A stretch of DNA of 60,275 nucleotides, the filler included, from Sphacelaria rigidula (Eukaryota): assembly GCA_964200075.2 (NCBI GenBank). It is 4 parts of 4 records of this genome, joined end to end, with 100 filler letters (N's around TTAATTAATTAA, not from the genome) between each part and the next. Parts side by side here need not be neighbours in the genome. Positions count along the whole stretch, not along the records: positions 45,284 to 60,275 come from CAXNAA020001959.1; 3 more parts are not named here. The stretch is one strand, 5' to 3'. The notes beneath the pieces were generated by a model that did no database searches, was not told the origin of the DNA, and saw nothing but the letters and a program-made list of their open reading frames with translations. Each line of letters opens with the position of its first letter. The first letter of the stretch is position 1. Below, piece after piece: positions 46,069-57,503 of the stretch. A program made the translations under genes and the position numbers.

Positions 46069-48966
46069 GTGGATGATTTCTTGCTAGTGACGACCAACAA
46101 GGTCAAGGCGGAAGCCTTCGTTCGGATAATGCACGACAGGAGCAAAACCGGGCCTTGGGGTTTCAGAGTGCACGAGGCAAAGGTGAGTGACAGCAGATGG
46201 GTGTATTCTAGATACCGTCGTGGGAAAAGCACGGCGTCATTCGCCTGTGTGTGTTGCTCAGCGATGGTTGTTGCGCATGATTGATTGGTTGATTGTCGCC
46301 ATTGAACTGACCCCCCAGGGGTCCAGCCGTGGTCTCATGGTAGACGTACCCAACAAACACGAAACTCAAACACGCTTTGAGAAAAAAAGCATGGCATGGG
46401 CGGAATAGACAGTTCAGTAAGCGTCTGCTGGCTTCCTGTTGCTACGGCCCGAAACAAGCGTTTGGCGTTAGACACGCTACGTCCGTCGCGTCGGTGTAGT
46501 TAGGACCCGTGCAATTCGCGACAGCCACTACATTACTGTCCCTCGCAATCGAAGCTGTGAGCTGGTCTGTTGTTGAACCTCTCCCTCTGTGGAAACCTGT
46601 ACCGACAATAATCTGTCTTCGTCGAAGATTTCTGAAGCAGGGAGGGAACATCGAATAAACCTCTGACGGACCCGTTAAGAGCCCGGTACTACGGTGCTGT
46701 ACTCACTGGTCCATGAGTATGACGGACCCATTCCGTGGCGCAAACCGTGTGTCGTGTTGTTTTCACCGCCCCGGTACGTTGTGATCGCTGACCCGTTCTG
46801 ATCGACGACTCTGTGATTTTTCTACTGACAGACAGTGGTGAACTTCGAGATGATGGTGGATGGCGCTTCCGGAGAACCTGCGCAGAAGGCGAGTCACAAG
46901 CTATCAGCTGTAAATTTCTCCACTTCGTGTTCGTTCCGTTGGGATGCCCCCATCAACGATGTTTGTCGCAGCCGCGTCAGTGAGCTGCATGCTACACGCT
47001 ACAGTGTAATACCACTTGTCCTTGATTCGCTCTGAATGTCATCATTTTCCATGTCTCACGTATCGCTGCCACTTTTCAAGTTGTGGCCCACGCTCTCGGA
47101 AGTGTCGCCGACACCAGTACAACTGCCCTGTACAATACAGCACAGCACAGCACAGTCAGTACTGGGTAGCCGGACATGTGTGTACTTCCGCAGTTGCATC
47201 ACACGAACTCGTGCTGCAATACGTCTACAGCCAGCCAGCAGCAGGCTGTCATGTGTGCCGTCATTTCTTCCCCCCTGTAGTATCTACTGTAGCCGCCACC
47301 CGCCACCCGCCCCATATCTGATCGAGTATTTATGGGGGAAACAAAATCGCACAGCGTTTGGCATGGGTGTGCGACAGTACAGTGTCAGAGGTGTCGGCAA
47401 GAGTCTCAGAGATGTGTGCGATGCTGTCTTCTGTGTCGGCCGCGGGGTGTGATGTCGCCGACACCTACGACAGTTTTGGCCACACTTGACACTTTCAACA
47501 GTGTAGGCAACAGTGTCGGAGTTGTCGCCGACGTGTCGGAGGTTTCGGCCCCTTGGTCTAAAAGTGCAAACCGCGGAGGTTGGAACGGTCAGAGTTCCAT
47601 CCTTCTCTCATCCACTCTTTTTCCGGGCTAACCCCGGCAACATGGTTTAACTAATTGAAAACCCGGTCGTTAACGATGTGCACTGCAGATACGTGAAATA
47701 GTGGGAACCATGTTCCCCTGGTGTGGCGTGCGCTTCGACACCATGACATGCGAGGTCGTCGGCAACTACTCCAGGTACAGTTGTATCTGCTGCACCATAG
47801 TGCAGCTCAGGGCACTATGCATTACAACGGTGCCGTAACGATAACGAAGTACAAACCGCCCGATGCCTAACGTTTGGACTCGCGTAGACTTGAAAGGTAC
47901 TGTACATCGATGTAGTAGACGCGGAATAGAAACTGATGAGGAAGGGCAGGTTCACTACTGTCTGCAACGGTGTGTACAGTACTGCTACCCCGCCAATCAC
48001 CAGCGCGATTTTCAACCTGGGTTTGGACGTAATCATCACTACACGCACGAACGGCGGAGCAGTAGTCGAGAAGGGAGCCCTGAGCACTGGCGTTTCACGT
48101 GCTGATGTCTCCGCCGTAGTGGCGCTTCTCAGTTCATAGTTTGCTGGTTTGTTTTCTCGTGTTGGAAGGTTCTCCAAGTCCGGTGTGTCCGAGTCTGTGA
48201 CGGTCGAGTCCAGACGCGCGGGGGAGTGCTTGATGGCCAGAATGAAGCGTTTCATGTCTCCCAAGTGCCACGCGCTACTGCTCGACGAGGGAAAATTTGG
48301 ACTGAACTCCAGGCAAACCGTCCTCTTCAACGTGTAAGTCTTGGGTTCTCGCGTAGATTTTGCTTTTTCGGACACGAGGTCAGATCCCGCCGTTGTCACC
48401 AAGGATCCGAGCAAAACTGTTTCAATTGCTTGTCGCTGTTACCACTTCTTTGAGAGCAAACAAACGACCATTACGTCCATTATTTTCTCGTCACTTTCGT
48501 TGATATTGTTGATTCCACGTTGACGGGCCACATTAACGAACGGTGGTGCATTTTGTTTTCCGATCGCGGTGAAATAGTGGCCACGATCCCTGCGGTGGCT
48601 TGCACTTCCGAATACAGAAGACCACGGTCGAAGGCCCACCTCCTTAGTATTTTGATCGCGCTGCTTATTATCATTGCCCATCCACTGTTGTCCTCACCAA
48701 CAAAGCAACACATGGAGCACACAACAGCGCAAACTACCCTGCACCAATAACCGTGGGTACACTTTTTTTTTTTCTAGCATTTCTTTTTCGTTTTTATTTT
48801 TTTTGTATCGCGCCTGTGTGGATTGTTTTTGGGTCCGATTTTATTTTATAATTTTCTTTTACCCTAGCTTCGGGTAGTTAGCCTGTGACCATGGAAGGCG
48901 TCCGCATCAGATGCCCAGTACAGAGTGCTGCGCAGATATCGGAACGGTTTTTCATGTGAAGACAGC

Positions 48967-49002
<36 letters not shown>

Positions 49003-51171
49003 TGTACAAGAGCAGTGAGAGCAGAGGCGAGATATGTGCTCTCCTGGTTTTCTTGACAAGGAACTTTTCCCCAAACTTTCGAACTCGCCCCGAGAGGTGT
49101 GGTGGGAAAATGACTTTTGCATGTGAACTCCACGGCGCTAGTGCTGTGATATACAGTGCAGTGCACGGGTTACATCACGTTTGAATTGCCCTTCCCAGTC
49201 GGAAGATGAAAAATGACTGTGCTTCACTGTTCGCGGTAATGTCAGTGCCGTTGCGGGTTGCCGTAGTTTGTGCACGCCTTGGTAGAACGCCACCGGAGCA
49301 AGCCTGGTGCCCGTGTAGCCGAACACGAACTGGGCTCGAAGTTATTCGCAAGCGGTGGGACTCCTCGTGGGTGTTCTTGGATGCGCGGGTACAGACCGGA
49401 ACCCCCAACTGATTTGAGGAATATCTCCCGCACGCAAAAGTCACCAATGTTTGACCTGCCAACCGCTTCCCCGTTTTATAATGAAACAAGGTTGGTTTTT
49501 GCGGCGGAGCATCCGATACACGGTCGAAACGAGGTATAGCGTTCACGATTTTTTCAACATCTGCTAGAAGCTGAGCGTTCCAGCAATGGTAGCGTTCGCT
49601 GGTAGTGGTTGGGTAGCAGTATAGGATTCACACACCCTCCTCCCCCCCTCCCGTCCGAGGCACATTTTTCTGTCGTGTTGTGCTGTTTGCTTTTCATCAT
49701 ACAATGGTGGAAGATCAAGTGAACCTCTTCGATCTGTACGGTGCACAGTTCCAAAGTGACCCAGCAGTTTTTCTTCGGTAGTACAAGTGTCGACAAGAGC
49801 GTTCTGACATTATTTGCCTAGGTCCCACAAGGATTGGTGTCACCGGAGACAAAGTATGATACAAGTTTGGCTCAGCGCCCAGCACTGGAGGAAGCTGAAA
49901 GAACCTGAGGGGTAAATCGTGTAGATCCTATCTGTACTGTACTCTGCTGGATCGGAAATCTCACCGATCCCACCGGAACGAAATATTCCTAGTTCAGCTT
50001 ATTTCAGCACCACCTGTACGGGGCTGGTTTACTACTCTCGTGACCCCTCCAACCTGTTCTCCGTCCACCGCCAACTACATGGTTTGTCCGAACGTCGGTT
50101 TATGGACAACATGGGGCGTTCAGCTACGAGATGATGTTGGTGTGCGCAGCGAAAACCGCGGCTTCTGCCTTGCGACTGCCCCGCGGGCCCGGAGCAAACG
50201 TGGGTCTGCTGTCGAACGGTGCGCTTGAAACTACTGCCTACGCGTACAGTCTCATTCAGAGCCGCTCCAACAGACGGAAGGGCGGCTACGGCACATCCAA
50301 GGCGCTGCGATGCGTATGTAAGGTACGTGCATCGCTATGCCTTGAGTGCTCCTACTAGTGCGATCCGGTAGGCATGCATTTCAGATTATTACCTCTCGTG
50401 AGACCCAAGGCTCTGTTGTTCGTTGCTTTAACATTACACCGAACGTCTCATCTAAAGAAGAATTCAGGGTTCATCGGACATCGTCTCCTCGAGGTGGAGT
50501 CTGCTGTATGCGGCACCGGTTGAGCATCCACGTTTAACAGAACATCATTCTGCGTGCGTGAGCGCTCATACGCCTCGTCTCTCTCATCAACCTGACTCGT
50601 GAGCCGGAACAACACCTAATAATCTTGCACATTTACAAGTATATAGGAATTTTTCTCTCCATCATCGGACGACCCCCTGCGGGCTCACATTCAGCTCAAA
50701 TACGAAGAGATATCTGGGCCCAAGGTGCAGGTGCAGTGTCCCAGACTAGGTCGACTTCTGTAACACTGAGGTGGGACTACGAAGAAATACGGTGACATTT
50801 TCTCCATCATTCGTTTTTGGCAGCCTTGTTTGAAGCATTTCTCCATTGACGATTGCCCTCGACCGTTAATGAACAAGGTTCACCGTTTCGAGGTGACCTG
50901 GCTGGGTCTCCACGCGTTTAGAGAAGTGTTCGGCGCATACTCGATCAAGAACAAGGGCTTCGCGCGACTGAAGCTAGACATGAATCACGCACTCTTGCAA
51001 GCCGAACGGGACACGGGGAAAACGAGTCAACGTGGTGCAGCCAGCGGAGGGGAGTCAGGATCGGGGGGGATAGAGAACCCGTGCCGGAGTAGTGCCTACG
51101 CAAGGCTTCGTCGGGTAGTGCGCTTACCAGACGCGCTGAATTTACTGCAGACGCTCACTGCCGGGGGGTGA
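46069..51171 (+). CDS. TERT: Telomerase reverse transcriptase, 3' part (RT motifs C-E and C-terminal extension)
   Basis: Exons 46069-46182 (VDDFLLVT, motif C), 46832-46888 (K|TVVNF), 47689-47774 (FPWCG, motif E), 48169-48333 (KCHALLLD...NSRQTVLFNV), 50124-50322 and 50878-51171 (EVTWLGLHAF, stop) splice in frame. Confidence 0.92.
48965..49002 (+). repeat. (CAA)n microsatellite in a TERT intron
   Basis: Directly visible. Confidence 0.95.
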
Positions 51172-51475
51172 TACGCTACACAAGAGGCGATTATTTGGTT
51201 CTGGTTCCTCTGTGTTGTTTCCATGGATATGCAGTGAGTCATGAGGAGCCAACGCGTACACGCGAGTCATGATTGTTTCGCACACTGTTCCAAGGATCTA
51301 CTGTTTGCATCAAATCGATGGGGGCATTCCTCCTTCAATGCGGCATGATCGTACGAGGTGGGCACCGAGATATGAGCGGGTCCGTCCCTTCATGCGTACT
51401 ACGGGCTTGCTCCGACGTTGAGGGGCGGGGTGAAACTACGACGAAAAACACGAACGCAGCGCATAGAGATGTTGC

Positions 51476-51575
51476 TTGATTGATTGATTGATTTTTGATT
51501 GATTGTCGCACTTTAACTGACCCCCCAGGGGTCCAGCCGTGGTCTCATGGTAGACGTACCCAACAAAAACGAAAC
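51476..51575 (-). repeat. Short LINE-like 3' tail with (AATC)n end; other copies at 4226-4296 (+), 21374-21460 (-), 45630-45705 (-), 46277-46365 (-)
   Basis: Consensus CATGAGACCACGGCTGGACCCCTGGGGGGTCAGTTAAAGTGCGACAATCAATC seen five times. The LINE origin is an inference from the microsatellite tail. Confidence 0.65.
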
Positions 51576-52894
51576 TGAAAGCTGCTGTCTTGTACTATTG
51601 CCTGGAATCATATATAGAATAGCTGGGCGCAACTGTGGCGCGCAAACTGTTCCATCTAGCTCCACGTGTGAGAGTTCATTGGCTAGCAAGCCCCAGGTCT
51701 ACCCAAGTCCTGTGATGAACACATACCAGAATATCAATCAATATCAGTGTCGGCAGGGGTAGCACGCGGTCCTAGCATGGGATTAACTGTGGGCAAGAGA
51801 CAGACCCGTTGAGAGAAGAAACCCATGGTAGCTCAATGATAAAGTTAGGTGTCTCGATAATGCTGGGAGATCGAGGCGGAACTGATGCAGTGCACAAAAC
51901 CCCCTCAAAAACGTAGTCGATTAAGTGTTTTTACGGAATCCCCCTTTTCCATCCCCACTGCTGTGGCTACTATAGCAGTAATTCTGCTCTTCTACTACTT
52001 CTGCTGGTAGTTGGTGCCTGCAACCGAAGCCATGCTATCCAATGCTATCTGTGAACAAGTCTTCCCATGCCACACGCACAACGCTAAACGCTGAATGCGC
52101 AGGCGACAGCGTCTGACTGAACTCTTGTTGCCACTTCCTCTTGTTGCCCATTCCATTTATTTCGTTGGCGAAATGTACACAGACTGCGAATCGTCCTGTC
52201 GAATTCATTGAGGCGCCCTTCGCGGGCAGTAGAACGCGTTCGGGTGGCAGATCGAGCACCAAAACCCTGCAGGAAAAGTCCTCGTGATTTTTCGGCCCGC
52301 GACAGCGCTTTGCTTGTTGCTCTCACCTGCGGTTCCATCTCAACTTTTTCAAGGGTCGGACGAATTAATGATTCGTCTGGAGATTTCTTGAGTTTAGGAT
52401 AATTGATTCGTACCGTATGAATCAATCCTTAGACTATGTTTTCAGCGTTGCAACCCGGGTACGCGCAGCCTAGGCACGTGAAATGGCTCAAAAATTGCGT
52501 GGAGATCTTCTTCACCAGCGATCAACTTTTCTCCTCTCTTTCGAGATATCAGGCATGAAAAATCGTGGATTTGGTGATTCGAACCGGCGATGATTCGTCC
52601 GAACAGTGAACTCTTTCATGACCCGATCTCCGTTGATACGCTGCGCAGGACGTATAGCTTTACTTTTCGCGCCAGGGACTCATCTTCGCAAGCCCAAGGA
52701 GAAGTGAGAGTCGGGCCACCACAGCAATACTTCATCTTCGACTTCTGGCACAGTAGGCCAAAGCCGAATCAAGGCTCACCAACAAAAAACGACAACCCCG
52801 AGAGAGCAATTTGGTATAGTACTGAGCTCCAGTCCTCAAATGCACCGGGAGTTGCACAAAAGAAGACAACCCAATTGGCAGGGGTTTTAATGAG

Positions 52895-53314
52895 AAACAC
52901 GGGATGTCACAAATTGGGGGATGGATTTTTTTATTGAGGATGAACCTTGGGAAGCTTCATCGAAAAGTTTTCGAAAAAGAAGGACAAATGCGCTGTACGG
53001 CCGTGATGTGCGGCCTCGTTCATCTCCATGGAGGAAAAAAAAAAAACTCAAAATTTGAAATATCCCTTGTTTAGTGAACTCAGATAATGAAAACGGTGCT
53101 TTTGTGCCGGAATGACCGGAGGACGACATTTTTCGGTATGAAACCCCCGGATTTTACCAATTTCAGATGGACGTTTTTTAGAATGAGTGAGACCACACAT
53201 CACGGGCGGAGAGTGCATTCGTATTTATTCCTCGAAAATATCACAGAACGTATGAAGCTTTCCAAGATTCATCCTGAATGAAAAATCCATTCCCAATTTG
53301 TAAAATCCCATGTT
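52895..53314. mobile_element. MITE-like element
   Basis: Imperfect TIRs of about 34 bp, AACACGGGATGTCACAAATTGGGGGATGGATTTTT / AAAAATCCATTCCCAATTTGTAAAATCCCATGTT; non-coding interior. Confidence 0.6.
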
Positions 53315-54333
53315 GAGAGCCGAATGGAACGGTGCCATTAACGTGCAATTTTAATATATCGGTAATCATTTTGGAGCGATATTTTCTTTCGACATCACCA
53401 TATAACCCGTCTTGGTAGGATTGTGGTATCGACAGTGCCGGCTACTGCATGGCCAAACAGCAGTAGTGACGTCGGGTGCGAAGAAATTACCGCGCAAGCC
53501 ACACACATGGCGCACAAATATACTGAGTATGCCTGGTGTTTACACTGGTATGCGTTCAACAAATCCATCCCACTACGTGAGGCCATAGCCATTCAGATCG
53601 TGCACACAATCAACTCACTATACCCGTAAAACGGTCACCACATGCGTTGATCTGATTTGGAGCGGCGGCGAAATGCACGTTCAAAAGCACACAAGGCCGC
53701 CTTTATCGAATATAGCTCCCACAGGGTGTCAGAACACCTGCTCCGATGATATTACGAAACCTACTCCTGGGTGTCTCGCATTCTTGGGTATAAAAAAAGC
53801 TTGACGAGAGCAAAGACTATGAACACCAAAAGCCTGCAAAAGCCAAGCAAACTATTGCGTCATGAGAGCCTCCGTCCTCCGCGCCCAATGCTGCTCCACT
53901 TCCCCCATCCCAGAGGCAACACCGTCACCAGCACAACCAAGTTTTGAACAACCGTGCCCATGTGCAAAACCACGTACCCCACCACTTCGGCAAGTGTACA
54001 TCAGACCGGTCGTTGAGGATCCAACAAATAGCAGTCATGCTGCCGAAACCACAATATGTACGATGGAGAATGTCGTAGGTTGATTTATAACCTCGTCGCC
54101 GTACAGAGATGGCAGTTGCATTCTGGTTCTTGGCCCGGCTTCACACTGTACCTGCGTCAATGAATACACAGGGTTGTGGAGGAGACGAACGGCATGAATT
54201 AGAAGCTTTACCCACTTGCGATACCTGCGATCGCCATGTAATTTCCAGTCCAACCCGGAAGCCTGTATGCGCCAGCCACAATGAGACCGTTGGGAACGTG
54301 TTCACTCCGACGCGTGCGAGCAATCCTGGCCGT

Positions 54334-56765
54334 CTACGCGCGACGTAGACGAGTTGATAGTCTGAGGCAAATCAAGAACAGTTCTTGTCGCAGCCGCAGG
54401 ATGTGACACCCAGCAGAAGAGGGAACGAACCATTCATAAGACGAGCGTTGTTTTGTGGACGGCCAGGTCATTCCGCGCCGCAGTGATGTTTAATTTCTGT
54501 GTTGCGTTGGCCACTTTTGCTACCCTTGTGCCATGAACACAAGCAACACCTTACAGTTCGACTCCGTTATTTGATGGCTTCTTTCTGCCTCTAGGCGGTT
54601 TCTTGCCAGCTCTTCCTATTTCGTGAGTGAAACTGCATCGCAGTAGTTTCCCCTGTATGAAATACCGCCAGTTTCAAACGTTCCTCTCTTCGGCAACAAG
54701 TACGATTGGGCGCCCATAGATACGGGTAGGCGGTGAATGAAAGTGGTACTGCTCGAATCAGAATTGCAAGGAAACGAAGAATGCTCAAGGTTCTGTCATT
54801 ATTGATGTCAGTCCGCGCAAATCAAGCGGCCGTAGGAATTTGCTCGAGCAAATGAAAAGAGGCCAAATCTGCAGACAAATATGAGCGGTCTCACACCATG
54901 AGTGATCTCCTGGGGTTTAGGAAACTGAATTATGATGAGCGTTTCATAAAAAAAATGCTTATACGCCCTTCATTCAAAGGGTATGACATGTTTCGGGGCA
55001 AACCCGGGCCTCATGCTCTAGTGGGTAGACCCACATATCGATAAAACAAGAACCTACTAGATGCAATGTGATCGCCCAACAACCGAATGAAGCAGCTTCT
55101 CCAACGCAATCGAACACCCCATCGCACCTGGACAACATTCCGACAAAACTCGTTGACCGCCCGCCCTTCCTTCGATAGCGCAAAGCACTCATGGCCACCG
55201 GCAACGGCATCAGCTTATGCTTTACAGCAACCCTTTCATCATTGCTGCCCGCGACTTCAGCAGGTCGTTTTGGTCGCGTGTGAGGCCACAGATAAGACCG
55301 GGCGCGGAATGCTGGTCCACGAGCAAGTAGCACGCGCAGGCGGGCGTGCTCCTTCGTCGTGGGAGTAGTTTTTACAAAAGGCCCGTTCACTTGTCGCCCG
55401 ATAGTACAAGCAGGGGTTTCTCCACGGTTCGTTCTGGCGGTCTCGAGACATCCTTCTTCCAGGCAAACACGAGCCACCTCCGGGAAAGACCGACCGGCGG
55501 CGATGTGTAATGCGCTCAGGCCGTTCATCTCCTTATCCACGGAACGGGCCCCCGCGCGGAGAAGATCTCGCGCAATGGTTGCATGCTGTTCACGGCAAGC
55601 CTTGAAGAGCGGTGAGCACCCCGGCGGTCCCGCGTTCACGTCCGCTCCGGCCTTCAGGAGCACACGCTCAGCCTCCACGTGCCCAAGGTCGGCGCAAATC
55701 ATCAGGGCAGTGTGGCCGTGCAGATCTCCGTTTGGATCTGCCCCCGCCTCACAGAGAATCTTTACCGTCGCTGCTCGTCCGTTCTCAACAGCGCAGATAA
55801 GGGCCGTCCTTCCGTCACCGGCCTTTGCGTTAATTCGCGCCCCGGCTTTTACCAAAACCCGCACCACATTCACACTATCGTGTTGGGCAGCAAGCATAAG
55901 TGGTGTCCGATCGTCCACCATGACCTCCTTGTCCGCCCCGGCATCCACGAGACGTTGCACCACCTTCTCATGTCCCTCCAGCGACGCGAACAGCAAGGGC
56001 GTCCACCCGTCTGCTTCATATGTTGTGAGTCCTCCTGCATCCAAGAGCAGCTGAACAACTTCATGATTTCCCAGTCGCGCGGCGCCCCCCATTGCCGTTT
56101 GATTTGTAGCAGGCTCAATGATGGACATATCCGCCCCGGCTTCAAGCAAAACTTGAGCAGTTTTTGCTCCAAACTTCAGATCCTGCGCAGCGCGCATCAG
56201 AGGAGTGATGCCGTGGATGTCACGTGAATTGGGGTCCGCTCCCAGTTTCAGCAGCTCGCGGATCGTCTGCAGTTTTTTTCCTATCGCGGAGGGCATCCCC
56301 ACGGTACCATGCAGCATGGGCGAGCCGCTAGAATCATGCTTGTCGATATCTCCGCCTGCCTCAATCAGCTGTTTCGCGATCGCGTAGTTTTTCTTGCCGA
56401 CGGCTCCCCACAACGGCGTGACCCTGAACTGACCGCACGGCTCGTTCGGGTTAGCCCCAGCTTCCAGTAATACCTTCACGACGTGCGTGCAGTTGAGGGA
56501 AAATACGGAGCAGAGTGAATCGAGGACATCAGGACTAATCCTCCACTGCTAAGCAAGCTCTCGCCCATATGTGCACAAGCAACAACGGCACACGTAACGG
56601 TGGAGACCACCGTACAGTAGCACCTACCTTCGCCACGTCAGCGTGCCCCTTCGAGCAGGCGACAAATAGAGGTGTGTACCCTTCTCCGACCTTGACATCA
56701 GGGCGTTTGCTGTTGGTCTTCAGCCATAGTTTAACATCGCGAACGTTGCCTGTTCGGGATGGCAT
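54334..56765 (-). CDS. Ankyrin repeat protein
   Basis: Exon 56765-56628 (YTPLFVACSKGHADVAK) and a large exon 56473-55128 with many ankyrin repeats (TPLMRAA, TPLLFASLEGH, TPLMLAA, SALHIAA) ending near LARGPAFRARSYLWP. A short final exon 54361-54334 is tentative; the unspliced ORF would end at 54974. The start codon is uncertain. Confidence 0.85.
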
Positions 56766-57150
56766 CAGGGGTTGTTATGAGAGATCGGACGCAGTACCGT
56801 TTCTCGAGTGATAGGTGGCGGCTGCAGTAGGTGAACCCATATCAATTACGGTAGGATCTAAACTCAATAAGATGACCTTGAGATGCATGATGAATTCCGT
56901 CGAAGCACAGCACAAAATTCTCTCGGTCGCTAAGTGCGCTTCATTCTCGGTCCCCACGCAGGCGCTGGAGCTCTTACGGGCCTCCATTTTCGTTCACTCG
57001 AATTCAGTGTGTAATTTGGAAAAAGGCCAAAGCCACTACAAAAGCCGCGAAGCGCCGAGCGTTTAAGTCACGACCTCTCGCACAAGTGACGAGTTCTAGG
57101 AATAAATGTTAAACGACGTGATCTGAATCGTAGAATTGTATCGAACATGT

Positions 57151-57503
57151 CGGTTGCCCCGGCGGCTCAATTGGTGACCTCGAAACCTTTCAACGTTGGA
57201 GACGTGAGTTCGAATCTCCGTGAAGTGTCAAACGCTGGGTGTTATTTTCTCATCAAGCCCAACAGTGTACAGCGATCGTGCCGTGACTACATAATATTTG
57301 ACGTTTATGGTCGGCGAGGGAAAGGAACCGTCGAAACCTTCCCGCGATAAACAGGAAGGCACGCAGTGCAGAAGGAATATAGAGTGCTGAAACAAAAGTG
57401 AGAAATAAAAACTCCTGTGTTGGCCTTCCTCCTGTGTGACCCCGGTTGCTGCACACATATACCGAAGGGTGTAGACTAGCGTTCAAAACAGATGGAGTGA
57501 CAG
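57151..57503 (+). mobile_element. tRNA-derived SINE family A, copy 4
   Basis: A box GGCTCAATTGG and B box GAGTTCGAATC, followed by the shared body. Confidence 0.75.

Noticed and set aside
47077-47488. Possible hAT-type MITE in a TERT intron (CAAGTTGTGGCC / GGCCACACTTG, GTCGCCGACA motifs)
   Set aside because: The termini and TSD are too degenerate to fix boundaries with confidence.
40945-51171. Functional linkage between the telomere-repeat elements and the TERT gene
   Set aside because: They lie on different contigs joined by an artificial linker.
55359-56227. Plus-strand ORFs of 231 and 182 aa
   Set aside because: Antisense shadows of the ankyrin exon.
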